A stretch of 26,955 nt of DNA from Promethearchaeota archaeon (GCA_013375475.1 JABXKD010000050.1:1-26955); one strand, 5' to 3'. Positions 1 to 9,351 are shown, counted from the first letter of the stretch. Notes: generated by a model not told the origin, from the letters alone. A program made the numbers and translations.

Positions 1-444
1 TGTGAAAACGCACTGATTGCATTTAGCTTTTAGAGCGTATTCGTTAGCGATTTCGAAATCGACTTCATGGTTTCCCAGGTCCCATTTCATCCCCATGAGG
101 ATAATTGGGATAAATCCTGCTTTTTGGCGTATAATCTTTAGCCACACTGGAATGTCTCTGAATGTATCGTAATCTGTTATATCAAAGCAAATTAATCCTC
201 CACTAGCGCCTTTGCAATAATCTGGTAAGAGTTCTCTGAATCGTTTTTCGCCTGCAAAATCCCATAATTGCATTTTAACTGATTCCCCGCTATCAAGTGT
301 TTCAGATTTTGTGTGGAATCCTGCTCCAATCGTCATTTTATACCCTTCTTCAAATCTTCCAGTGCAATATCGAGTTACCATAGCGGTTTTCCCCACACCG
401 CCTGCTCCCGCTACAATCACTTTAAAGATCCATGAACTCATCAT
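1..444 (-). CDS. Rab/Ras-like small GTPase (3' end runs off window)
   Basis: Not in ORF track. Manual translation from ATG at 444: MMSSWIFKVIVAGAGGVGKTAMVTRYCTGRFEEGYKMTIGAGFHTK...VKMQLWDFAGEKRFRELLPDYCKGASGGLICFDITD...IILMGMKWDL. G1 GAGGVGKT, G2 TIG, G3 WDFAG, G4-like MKWD. Confidence 0.93.
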   Translation of the reverse strand, partial: MMSSWIFKVIVAGAGGVGKTAMVTRYCTGRFEEGYKMTIGAGFHTKSETLDSGESVKMQLWDFAGEKRFRELLPDYCKGASGGLICFDITDYDTFRDIPVWLKIIRQKAGFIPIILMGMKWDLGNHEVDFEIANEYALKAKCNQCVFT

Positions 445-640
445 GTCATATTTCAAGTACGTTTTTTTTTAAATATTATAAATAAGAATTTGTTTTTATA
501 ATAATGCTAAACCAATCTACACTTTTTATAAAACTTAATATTTTTAAAATTATTTAAAACTAAAATAAAAAAAGGTTTTTATAAGATTTAGGTCTATTAT
601 TTTTTAGTATTGTATTTTTAAATGTTTTAATATAAAGGTT
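445..640. promoter_or_regulatory. AT-rich divergent promoter region between GTPase and aIF1 genes
   Basis: Very AT-rich intergenic stretch with several TTTTATA/TTTAAA TATA-like boxes between head-to-head genes. Individual boxes cannot be assigned. Confidence 0.4.
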
Positions 641-653
641 GTGAAAAAAGAGT

Positions 654-983
654 ATTAAAGACGACGATATTTGTGCGATATGTAGTTTTCCAAAAGACCT
701 ATGTATATGTGATAGTTTAAGCGCAGATGAGCAACAAATTATTATTTCTAATGCCCGCCGTAAATGGGGCCGTGTTGTTACCGTTATTACATTTGAAGGA
801 GATATAGATGCGAATTTAAAAGATATTCTTACGCAAGCTAAAAAGAAATGTGCTTCCGGAGGGACTGTTAGAGGGAAAGAGATCGAACTTCAAGGGGAAC
901 ATAAATTCAAACTAAAAAAATTCCTAATTGACTTGGGATTTCCCGAGGAAAACATTCTTATTCAGGAACGGATGAGAAATTAA
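654..983 (+). CDS. sui1: Translation initiation factor aIF1 (SUI1/eIF1 homolog), apparent ATT start
   Basis: Not in ORF track. Frame reads (I)KDDDICAICSFPKDLCICDSLSADEQQIIISNARRKWGRVVTVITFEG...LKDILTQAKKKCASGGTVRGKEIELQGEHKFKLKKFLIDLGF...*. Archaeal aIF1 Zn knuckle (CxxC..CxC) and SUI1 motifs KCASGGTV and IELQGEH. In-frame TGA at 642-644, so ATT at 654 is the best start. Confidence 0.92.
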   Translation: MKDDDICAICSFPKDLCICDSLSADEQQIIISNARRKWGRVVTVITFEGDIDANLKDILTQAKKKCASGGTVRGKEIELQGEHKFKLKKFLIDLGFPEENILIQERMRN

Positions 984-1070
984 TAACAACAATAAAGTAG
1001 AATAATAATTTAAACATCATTTGCTTCTCTTTAAATATCGTAGTTTCAATAAAAAATAAATTAGATTTCA

Positions 1071-1508
1071 ATGAGCACAATATTCTATAAGGTAATTTTT
1101 AAAGGATTAATAGGAGATTCATCTGAATCGTATTCACTAACCTTTAAAAACATCATTCAAGAGAAACTTATTCATGTACCCTCTCAATTTTTTTCTTCCC
1201 TAAAATTACTAAGTCAAAAACAAACAAATGTAATAAATTTTCAAAACATTAGGGAAGTTGTAAAAATTGGAGATTCCTACACTAATTACGATTTTAATTA
1301 TTATATAGTTGTCCTTTACACAAGTTTATCAGATGGAAAAAAGGAAGGATTTTTGGTCGGAAATTTAAAAAAACTTGGCGATATTCTTATTGGAATTTGG
1401 CCTTTTAATCAAGAGGATACTTCTCTATCTTCAAAAGACTTTTTAAAACAACTAAACCTTTTAACTGAAGGAAGTAAATTTAAAGATATAAGTGTGATTT
1501 ATTCTTAA
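1071..1508 (+). CDS. Hypothetical protein
   Basis: 145-aa ORF with ATG start filling the gap; no recognised motif. Confidence 0.65.
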   Translation: MSTIFYKVIFKGLIGDSSESYSLTFKNIIQEKLIHVPSQFFSSLKLLSQKQTNVINFQNIREVVKIGDSYTNYDFNYYIVVLYTSLSDGKKEGFLVGNLKKLGDILIGIWPFNQEDTSLSSKDFLKQLNLLTEGSKFKDISVIYS

Positions 1509-1535
1509 ATCAAACCAGTTTCATAATTATAAGAT

Positions 1536-2471
1536 TTAAAAGTAATTTTCTTCGTGTTTCTTTAAAAAAGCTTTTAATTCTGTTTCATTCGGCATTCCAG
1601 ATCTCGCTCCAAGTTTTTGAATTTTTAAAGAGGCTGCTGCGTTAGCGTATATACAAGATTTTTCTAAATCCCAACCTTTTATCCAATAAGCTAAAGAAAA
1701 TGCACCATTGAAGGTATCTCCTGCTCCTGTTGTGTCGACAATGTTTTTTATTTCATAAGTTGGTATCCTTTTTTGAAAGTCGTTTGTAGTTATTAATACG
1801 CCATTACTTCCTAGGGTAATAATTACAATTGGAATCCCTTTTTTCACTAAAATTTCAGCTGCTTTTTTGGGATTATCACTTTTTGTAATAACTTTTGCTC
1901 CCTCTTTATTTGGAAGTAAAACATCAGCTTTTAAAAGCACATCTTTTATGTTGCTCCATCCTCTAAGGGCAATTTGGGATTCTAAATCTATGCTGATATT
2001 AACATCATTTCTTTGTGCAATTTCGAGGGCTTTTTCGGTCAATTTTTGATGAATATTTGTAGTGTGCAGGAGTTTAGAATCTGCTATATAAGATTCATTT
2101 AAATCGTGGGGTTTTATTTTAGTTGTATACATGTGAGGAGATTGGATTATCGTTTTTTCTCCTTTAGCTACGAATATAAAATTAACCGGAGTTTTTTTAT
2201 TTGCTAGTTTCTTAATATTAGTCGTATCTACGCTTTCTTTATTAAAATCATCAATTAAGAGTTCCCCGTATGAGTCGTCTCCAACTGCACCTATGAAACC
2301 GCTTAAACCGCCTAGTCTAGCCACTGCTACCAAATAATTTGCGGTAACTCCCCCGGGGAAATAATTCTCGCTTAACGCATCGATCTTTTCATCAGGTTTT
2401 GGAAAATGTGGTATTTCAGTAACCCAATCTAAAACAATTTCCCCTAACCCTACAATGTCAACTTGTTTCAT
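1536..2471 (-). CDS. PfkB/ribokinase-family carbohydrate kinase
   Basis: PGGVTANYLVAVARLG, GAVGDD, PNKEG, ITLGSNG and the DTTGAGDTF signature. Confidence 0.93.
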   Translation of the reverse strand: MKQVDIVGLGEIVLDWVTEIPHFPKPDEKIDALSENYFPGGVTANYLVAVARLGGLSGFIGAVGDDSYGELLIDDFNKESVDTTNIKKLANKKTPVNFIFVAKGEKTIIQSPHMYTTKIKPHDLNESYIADSKLLHTTNIHQKLTEKALEIAQRNDVNISIDLESQIALRGWSNIKDVLLKADVLLPNKEGAKVITKSDNPKKAAEILVKKGIPIVIITLGSNGVLITTNDFQKRIPTYEIKNIVDTTGAGDTFNGAFSLAYWIKGWDLEKSCIYANAAASLKIQKLGARSGMPNETELKAFLKKHEENYF

Positions 2472-2564
2472 GGTTTCTATCGATACCTCAAAATTCTATC
2501 TAATTTCAAGTTAAGGATTAGAAACCAAAAATAGTTTAAAAAATATTCTAAAAGAAAAATTGTT

Positions 2565-4289
2565 TTAATTTATAATTTCGTTTATTCTATTTTCTAGTTC
2601 TTCTTCTACTTTAATATCTCGAAAATCTGAAGCAGTTATCTCGTAGGAATCGCTATAATCACTAAATTTTACCCTTCCTTTAATCGTTATATCTCTTCCA
2701 ACAATTTCAGACGAGAAATTCTCTAATAATTTTTCATAATCAGGGGTGTCTTTAACTTTAGCAATCAGATCCGCTTTGCTGCCCACTAGCTTCTCTGCCG
2801 CTTCCCCGATAAATGTAGCTCTAATTCTACCGCTTTCATCTTCGATAAAATGACTGATGATCATTGTCAGTTTGCTATCTCCTTTCTGGTCACAAGTACA
2901 GTTATCAACTTTCCTTCTGCAATTAGTGCACGCTTCATAGAATCTAATATTCTTTAATTCACTTGAAATTAAACCTTTTATCTCGAAAAACCCATCTGAT
3001 TGTATTGAATTTATTTCTGTAATATTATTTGAAAAAGAACCTTGTTTTCCTTTCGAGGAGGTTTCAGCGAGTTTCACATTTGGAATCTTTAAATCTATTT
3101 TATCAATACTGGAGTCTAATGTTACCGTTGCTTCGTTTTTTTCCCAATAAGTACTGAACCTTAAAGCCGCATTCTTTAGAGATACACCCTCTCCATTCTT
3201 TAAAGATTTCGATAATTCATCTGCTTTATCCCGCCATGCTGTCACTCGTATGCTATCGGTATCGTCACTCACTGTAAAACTTAATAAAGAAACTTCATCT
3301 CCAGATTTTAGTGTAACCTTTTTTAAGTCTTCTATTGTAGTGATGACTCCTTGAAATGTAGCAAAATCCTTCTCTTGTTGGAGTTTTTCGATCTTATCGA
3401 CAAATTTTTCTTCTATTTTCAATTCTTTATCTTTTTTCGTTATTTTTGTCCACGAAGTTGCGTGCACATCGATTCTACCTTCAGCAAAGTTACTTTTTCT
3501 TGGAGTTAGGTCAGTCAGGGATATAAAATCCCCAACTTCAACATTTTCGATTTTTTCAATATCTTCGTTCCATAAAGTAATTCGAATCTTGCCAGTCGAG
3601 TCTCTCAGTATTATTGAGCTTACTCTACCATTTTGACCATCTTTTCTAATAAAATCTTTTACAGGAAAACGATTTATTACTTTTCCCTCTGTAGATATAG
3701 ATCCTAAATCTTCGTTAATATCCTGTATTTTTACGAATTTTTCTTTAATTTTTGGGAATTTTTTGTGATCAACATCCTCAGGAGCTATACTGATTTTGCT
3801 ATATCCTCCAACATGAATTTCGACTCCACTGTACCTTCCAGTTTTCGCGCTACCATTAAAAATCTTAACAATCTCGTTTCTTTCAAAGCGTTCGTCTTTA
3901 TAAATACTCACCTGGTTATCCCATAACACAACTTTTATATCACCGGTATTATCATGCAACACAAATGATCCTACATATCCAGTTTCCCCATTATTTTTAT
4001 TAAAACTCTTAACATTGTTTATATTCTTAATTCTACCAACAAGTACGATATTTTTCATGTTTACTGTAATATCAGATATATTTAACTCAACATCGTTGAG
4101 TAATTCTTGATTCTCACTTGCGACATCGACGCCTAACTCTTTGGCAATCACAAATAAAGCTCCTTCCTCCGAGATTAGACCCTTCAGTTCTTCCTTTTTT
4201 TCTTCCACTAAAGTTTGAATCTCACTTTTAGATAATCCCGTTTCTTCTATAATTTTCTTAATATAGGCTTCAGTTTTCATTTCTTTCAC
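2565..4289 (-). CDS. rpa1: Replication protein A large subunit (RPA70/RPA1-like ssDNA-binding protein); start may be ATG at 4280
   Basis: N-terminal helical domain (GLISEEGALFVIAKELG), three tandem OB folds (DNTGDIKVVLW, DSTGKIRITLW, DDTDSIRVTAW) and a fourth OB fold with Zn finger (CTNCRRKVDNCTC; DESGRIRATF). Confidence 0.88.
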   Translation of the reverse strand: MKEMKTEAYIKKIIEETGLSKSEIQTLVEEKKEELKGLISEEGALFVIAKELGVDVASENQELLNDVELNISDITVNMKNIVLVGRIKNINNVKSFNKNNGETGYVGSFVLHDNTGDIKVVLWDNQVSIYKDERFERNEIVKIFNGSAKTGRYSGVEIHVGGYSKISIAPEDVDHKKFPKIKEKFVKIQDINEDLGSISTEGKVINRFPVKDFIRKDGQNGRVSSIILRDSTGKIRITLWNEDIEKIENVEVGDFISLTDLTPRKSNFAEGRIDVHATSWTKITKKDKELKIEEKFVDKIEKLQQEKDFATFQGVITTIEDLKKVTLKSGDEVSLLSFTVSDDTDSIRVTAWRDKADELSKSLKNGEGVSLKNAALRFSTYWEKNEATVTLDSSIDKIDLKIPNVKLAETSSKGKQGSFSNNITEINSIQSDGFFEIKGLISSELKNIRFYEACTNCRRKVDNCTCDQKGDSKLTMIISHFIEDESGRIRATFIGEAAEKLVGSKADLIAKVKDTPDYEKLLENFSSEIVGRDITIKGRVKFSDYSDSYEITASDFRDIKVEEELENRINEIIN

Positions 4290-4449
4290 TATATATAGTT
4301 TTATCTATTCAAAGATAAATTTAGAATTTATTCTTTAAAAATAAAATTATTTAATAATTAATTAATCAGTATTTTTAAAAAAAAAGAGTATTTCATATTG
4401 GTAATTTGTCGATGTTATTTTAATTCAAAATTAATATTTTTGTCGAGTT

Positions 4450-5193
4450 ATGATAAAATTTAAAATTATACCAGTAATTGACATCCTAAATTCTGAGGCC
4501 GTTCACGCTATAAAGGGTGAACGAGATAAATATAAGCCATTAAAATCAGTTGTAGTAAAAAGTACTGAACCTGTAGAAATAATAACGAAAATTAAAAATG
4601 ATACATTAATTCACGAAGTGTATATTGCGGATTTAGATGCCATACTTAAAAGGGAACCCAATTATTCATTATTCGCTAAAATTTTAAAAATTCCTGATAT
4701 TAAAGTTCTAATTGATCCTGGCATCATCTTTGCAAAAAACATATCAGAGTATTCAGACTATGGTTTAGACTCGTTAATTTTAGGTTTAGAAACCATTGAA
4801 AATTTAAGCGTTATTTCCGATTGTTTAGAAATCATGGGAACTCATAAAACAATTGTAAGTATAGATATGTACAAAGAAGCAATTATAACTAATGTAAAAG
4901 AAATAAGGAACCAACATCCAACTGAAACCATAAAAAGAATTGAAGAATTAGGCGTAAAAAAAATTATCTTACTCGATCTTTATAAAGTAGGCCAAAAAAT
5001 AGGTGGGATTCCACCTCTTTATCTAAAAATTAGGGAACAATTCAACGGACAAATTCTGGTAGGAGGGGGAATTAAGGATATTAGAGATATTGAAATGTAC
5101 AAACATCACAACTTCTCGGGAGTCCTAGTAGGGACTGCGTTACATGATGGTACCATAGAACTAGAAAAATTAAGGAAGATTAATATAAATTAA
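4450..5193 (+). CDS. HisA/HisF-related TIM-barrel protein (type associated with methanofuran/H4MPT C1-transfer gene clusters)
   Basis: IIPVIDILNSEAVHAIKGERDKYKPL, YIADLDAI, LGLET, ILLDL..VG, VGGGI, VLVGTALH. Confidence 0.8.
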   Translation: MIKFKIIPVIDILNSEAVHAIKGERDKYKPLKSVVVKSTEPVEIITKIKNDTLIHEVYIADLDAILKREPNYSLFAKILKIPDIKVLIDPGIIFAKNISEYSDYGLDSLILGLETIENLSVISDCLEIMGTHKTIVSIDMYKEAIITNVKEIRNQHPTETIKRIEELGVKKIILLDLYKVGQKIGGIPPLYLKIREQFNGQILVGGGIKDIRDIEMYKHHNFSGVLVGTALHDGTIELEKLRKININ

Positions 5194-5720
5194 TCGATAA
5201 AAACCACGCCAGACCCAGAAACATTTAGCGATTTTTTACACACGGGACAAGCATGCTTCATTCTAACCCAATCTGTAAAGTGATCTTTATGGGCTTTCGC
5301 TTCACATATTGGACACCCCGCTACTTCATCAAAAATCTCAATATTCTTTCCACAAACAGCACATTTTGTTTTTGATGCAGTAGATATCCTAACCGTCTCC
5401 TTTTTTATGTCAAGCGTAACGTTTTCGGTGTTTTCAGCAGTAGGATTTACCTGTTTTAATTCGGTTTTAGTATCAACACAAAAGATAGTTCCTTCACTAT
5501 CGTCCTTCCGATTACCAATCCAAACTACTTTACCTTTGAAATAACTGGAGCCTTCATTTTCTAACGAGAGGTTTAATCTTCGATCTTCCATTACAAATGT
5601 CTGAATTACTTTAGTATATTTTAACCCATCTAAATTTGAGGATATTTGTTTAATCACTTCAAATGGCTCTCTAAAAACCTCATTTGTTATGTCTACTTTT
5701 GTGATTTCTTTCGGGGACAT
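5190..5720 (-). CDS. Protein with C-terminal RING-like zinc finger
   Basis: CAVC-x12-CPIC-x4-H-x2-H-x3-W-x6-CPVC pattern, including the RING-type W and CPxC. Confidence 0.75.
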   Translation of the reverse strand: MSPKEITKVDITNEVFREPFEVIKQISSNLDGLKYTKVIQTFVMEDRRLNLSLENEGSSYFKGKVVWIGNRKDDSEGTIFCVDTKTELKQVNPTAENTENVTLDIKKETVRISTASKTKCAVCGKNIEIFDEVAGCPICEAKAHKDHFTDWVRMKHACPVCKKSLNVSGSGVVFID

Positions 5721-5920
5721 AATAAATTCATAATTTTTTTGATATTTAATAATAATTATTTAATTTAAATTTTTATATCACATTGTTCTTTATATATTTT
5801 GATTAAATTTCGTTTATCTTAAAACAAAAGAAATTTTATAGCTTGGAAGATAAATTATCTAATAATAATTGAACCTCTTGACTATTATAAATTAATTTTT
5901 AAGATTCAAATCTTACTCGA

Positions 5921-6661
5921 TTGATAATGCAAAAGAAAATTAAATTGCTGGTGAGCCCTAAAACCTTGGAAGAAGCTAAGGTAGTAGTTAAATATGAAGA
6001 AGTTGATTTTATTGACTGTAAAAATCCCAGCGAGGGATCACTTGGAGCAAATTTTCCTTGGATTATAAAACAAATGAAGAATTTAATACAATTTAGCGGC
6101 TCTCAATTATTAAGCGCAACGATTGGAGATTTCCCGAATTTACCTGGAACAGCATCATTAGCAGCTCTTGGTGCTGCTGTAGCCGGGGCAGATATTATAA
6201 AAATAGGACTTAAAGGTCCGACAACAGAAAATGAATGTATATTTTTAATGAATAAAGTTGTAAAAGCTGTAAAAGATTATAAAAAAAATATAAAAGTAGT
6301 AGCGGCAGGTTATGCTGATAAGATAAGGATGGAAAGTTCTCCCGATTTTTTATCCCTACCTTTTATAGCAGCTAAATCAGGTGCGGACATCGTGATGCTC
6401 GATACTTATGTCAAAGATGGAAAGGGATTATTTGATTTTCTAACCGTTGAGCAATTAAAACTGTTTAGAGATAAAGCAAAAGAATTTAATCTTGAAGTCG
6501 CGCTTGCTGGAAATCTAAGGAAGAATTCACTTCCTAAAATAAAAGAAATCTTGCCAGATATAATTGGCGTTAGGAGCATGGTTTGTGAAGGTTACGATAG
6601 AAATAACGGATTGATTAAAGGACATCTCATAGAAGAACTTAAAGCGGAGTTATATCGATAA
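5921..6661 (+). CDS. mfnB: (5-formylfuran-3-yl)methyl phosphate synthase (methanofuran biosynthesis)
   Basis: KLLVSP, IDCKNPSEGSLGANFPW, SATIGD, PGTASLAALGAA, MLDT.VKDGK.LFDF, ALAG, DIIGVR. Confidence 0.92.
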   Translation: MIMQKKIKLLVSPKTLEEAKVVVKYEEVDFIDCKNPSEGSLGANFPWIIKQMKNLIQFSGSQLLSATIGDFPNLPGTASLAALGAAVAGADIIKIGLKGPTTENECIFLMNKVVKAVKDYKKNIKVVAAGYADKIRMESSPDFLSLPFIAAKSGADIVMLDTYVKDGKGLFDFLTVEQLKLFRDKAKEFNLEVALAGNLRKNSLPKIKEILPDIIGVRSMVCEGYDRNNGLIKGHLIEELKAELYR

Positions 6662-6758
6662 GTTTTTTTTAGTCGAATTTCAAAAGATTTCTCTAAAATT
6701 ATCCTCTTTTTAGTTTGTTTTAATAAGATTATTTTGGTTACATTGATAAATTTATATT

Positions 6759-7592
6759 ATGTATAGAAAAGAATTAGGAATCATTGGAACTGGAAAAATT
6801 GGATCTGCCTTATTGAGAAGGCTGATTTCCACCAATACGATTGATAAGAATAATATTATTGCTTTTGATATAGACGAAAATAAACGGAATAATTTATCTG
6901 AGGAATGCATGGTAGAATACGCGGAAAATAACAAGGAATTGGTAAAAGCCTCTAAATATATTATAATTGCCGTCATACCCCAAGTCATAGATACAGTTCT
7001 AAAGGAAATTGAACCGATAATTACAAACGAACAAGTAATAATTTCTATTGCTGCGGGAGTGTCCTTTAAACACATTAATAAAGTTATAAATCCCGCAGTA
7101 GGATTAATAAGAATAATGACTAATACGCCAGCGCTTGTAGGTGCTGCAGCTACAGCAATAGCTCATAATGAAAATGTCAAAGAAGATCAACTAGAATTCG
7201 TCAAAGGAATATTTAGTGCTGTAGGAATGGTAGTCGAATTAGAAGAAAGGCATTTGGATGCGGTAACGGGTTTGTCTGGAAGCGGCCCAGCATACATATT
7301 TATTATTATTGAAGCTTTAGCCGATGGGGGCGTAAAAATGGGGTTGCCTAGGGCTATCGCTCTAAAACTAGCAGCTCAGACCCTTTTAGGTTCGGCAAAA
7401 CTTCTATTAGAAACTGATATACACCCTGCAGCGCTGAAAGACATGGTAGCTACACCGGGAGGAACAACAATAACTGCGATACACGAACTTGAGTCCGCAA
7501 AAATAAGAGCAACTCTGATCAGAGCGGTCGAAGCTGCTACGTTAAAATCAAAATCGTTAAATTCGACAAAAACAAATAATAATCAAATGTAA
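6759..7592 (+). CDS. proC: Pyrroline-5-carboxylate reductase
   Basis: GIIGTGKIG, ISIAAGV, RIMTNTP, TGLSGSGPAY, LKDMVATPGGTT. Confidence 0.96.
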   Translation: MYRKELGIIGTGKIGSALLRRLISTNTIDKNNIIAFDIDENKRNNLSEECMVEYAENNKELVKASKYIIIAVIPQVIDTVLKEIEPIITNEQVIISIAAGVSFKHINKVINPAVGLIRIMTNTPALVGAAATAIAHNENVKEDQLEFVKGIFSAVGMVVELEERHLDAVTGLSGSGPAYIFIIIEALADGGVKMGLPRAIALKLAAQTLLGSAKLLLETDIHPAALKDMVATPGGTTITAIHELESAKIRATLIRAVEAATLKSKSLNSTKTNNNQM

Positions 7593-7607
7593 TTTTTTCC
7601 TTTCTTT

Positions 7608-8579
7608 TCATTTTTCTTTAAAATTGATTGTCTTTTGATTGTTTATTGTTAAGTTAAATGTTTTTATATCCGGTTTATATGTGTTAAAGATTTCATTCGA
7701 TTCATTTTCTTTTCCTTTTTTACAAAACGCATATACAGAGCGACCTAATTGATTCATACTTGCTCCAATAATATCTGATTTGAATAAATCGTTTAATAAC
7801 TCTTTAGTTTTATTTAAATCTAAAATTTCCATAATATTAGTATCTTCTACGAATTGGAATGAGATTTTAATGAAATTTTCGTAATGTGGTTCTAATAATA
7901 ATTTGTCTAAAGCAAGTTTCCCAGCTTCTTTTATTTTTGAACTTAGTTTCTCATCGGATAAGATTGATTTGGTTTGTATCGTTCCGAAAGTTCCACAAAG
8001 GACTAAAATATCATTCGGACTTTGTAAACGCTCGTAGTTACAAGGATAACCCGGCTCTTTTAAAACGCACAAACCTCTTCCTAATTGACCACAAACAGTC
8101 CCCAACCCCGTTTTATTAACAACTTCTGCAATATGAGCTATCCTTCCGCTTTCAAAATTGGTCAAGCCTAGGTTAAGAAGTTTATTCAGTCCAAAAATCG
8201 TTCCTAATGCTCCTGAACCGCTTGCACCATACCCACAACCAACCGGCAAATCAAAAGTGTGTTCAATTTTTACTTTTATGGGGTATTTAATTAGATTTTT
8301 AATATAATCAAATATGAAATATGTTGTTTCTGCTTTTTTATCCAATTTATCTTCGTTAATATAAATCGTACACCGACTTTCTTCATCTCTTTCAAGCTTT
8401 TGGTAAGAAATAGCTGTTTTTCCTACTCCACTTACGTTAAATCCGGCTCCTCGAGAACCTATCTTTTGCGGATTGTCAATTGGAATACCATTTTCTTTAT
8501 CTACAATTTCAAAAAATCCCGAAATACGATGGGGAACTTCAACAATTATTTTATTAGTGCTGCTTACCATATCCCGCAA
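7608..8579 (-). CDS. Pantoate kinase (GHMP kinase family)
   Basis: VPHRISGFF, GSRGAG, LPVGCGYGASGSGAL, AHIAEV...TGLG, ASMNQLG. Confidence 0.85.
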   Translation of the reverse strand: MRDMVSSTNKIIVEVPHRISGFFEIVDKENGIPIDNPQKIGSRGAGFNVSGVGKTAISYQKLERDEESRCTIYINEDKLDKKAETTYFIFDYIKNLIKYPIKVKIEHTFDLPVGCGYGASGSGALGTIFGLNKLLNLGLTNFESGRIAHIAEVVNKTGLGTVCGQLGRGLCVLKEPGYPCNYERLQSPNDILVLCGTFGTIQTKSILSDEKLSSKIKEAGKLALDKLLLEPHYENFIKISFQFVEDTNIMEILDLNKTKELLNDLFKSDIIGASMNQLGRSVYAFCKKGKENESNEIFNTYKPDIKTFNLTINNQKTINFKEK

Positions 8580-8643
8580 AGTTTTACTTTTATCAATTTA
8601 ATTATATGTATAATTAAAAAATAAAAGTCAATTATAGTTTATT

Positions 8644-9351
8644 ATGACAAAGAATATTGTGATAAAGTTTGGGGGCTCTCTTCTCTTTTCTGATGGGGGA
8701 AATATAAATTCTCAAAAAATCACTGAATTTTGCAATATAATAAAAAGAAACAAAAACTACAATTCAATCGTTATCGTATGCGGAGGTGGAAATGTAGCCA
8801 GACATTACATTCAAGCAATAAGAGCCTCTACCGAGAATGAAGTATTATGTGATTTGATAGGAATTGAAATTTCGCGCATAAACTCTCGATTAATCATAGC
8901 TGAAATGAAAGAGTTAGCTTATCCTCAAGTACCAAAATCGTTCGAAGAACTATCGGTAGCTATGAGTTCGCACAAAATCGTAGTAATGGGGGGTTTACAA
9001 CCAGGACAATCAACTACATCAGTAGCTATAACAGTTGCTGAGTATTTAAAAGCAGAAAAATTAGTCATTCTTACGGATGTTGACGGTATATACGATAAAG
9101 ATCCAAATCTTCATAAAGACGCAAAATTATTAGAGAGAATTTCGTACGATTCCCTACAAAAATTAATTTTAGAATCCTCAGTTAATACGCAAGCATCCGC
9201 TGGAGAATATCGTATTTTTGACGCCGTTTCCCTACAAATTTTAAAAAGAAGTGGATTGAGTGTGTTGGTAATGTCAGGAAAGAAATTAAATCAATTTAGT
9301 AAATTTTGGAACAACGAAAAAGAAATTATCGGCACAATTATATCAAAATAG
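8644..9351 (+). CDS. pyrH: UMP kinase
   Basis: VIKFGGS, VCGGGNVAR, MGGLQPGQSTTSVA, TDVDGIYDKDP. Confidence 0.93.
   Translation: MTKNIVIKFGGSLLFSDGGNINSQKITEFCNIIKRNKNYNSIVIVCGGGNVARHYIQAIRASTENEVLCDLIGIEISRINSRLIIAEMKELAYPQVPKSFEELSVAMSSHKIVVMGGLQPGQSTTSVAITVAEYLKAEKLVILTDVDGIYDKDPNLHKDAKLLERISYDSLQKLILESSVNTQASAGEYRIFDAVSLQILKRSGLSVLVMSGKKLNQFSKFWNNEKEIIGTIISK

Noticed and set aside
639-644. Selenocysteine or readthrough at in-frame TTG-TGA upstream of aIF1
   Set aside because: UGA would be codon 2 at a non-conserved position, and no SECIS-like element was recognised downstream.
6752-7075. Antisense ORF over proC, and similar short track ORFs at 1867, 7886, 8400, 9409, 13113, 15487, 15862, 23034, 24951 and 25361
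   Set aside because: Each overlaps a better-supported gene, mostly antisense, or falls in AT-rich intergenic sequence, and has no recognisable motifs.
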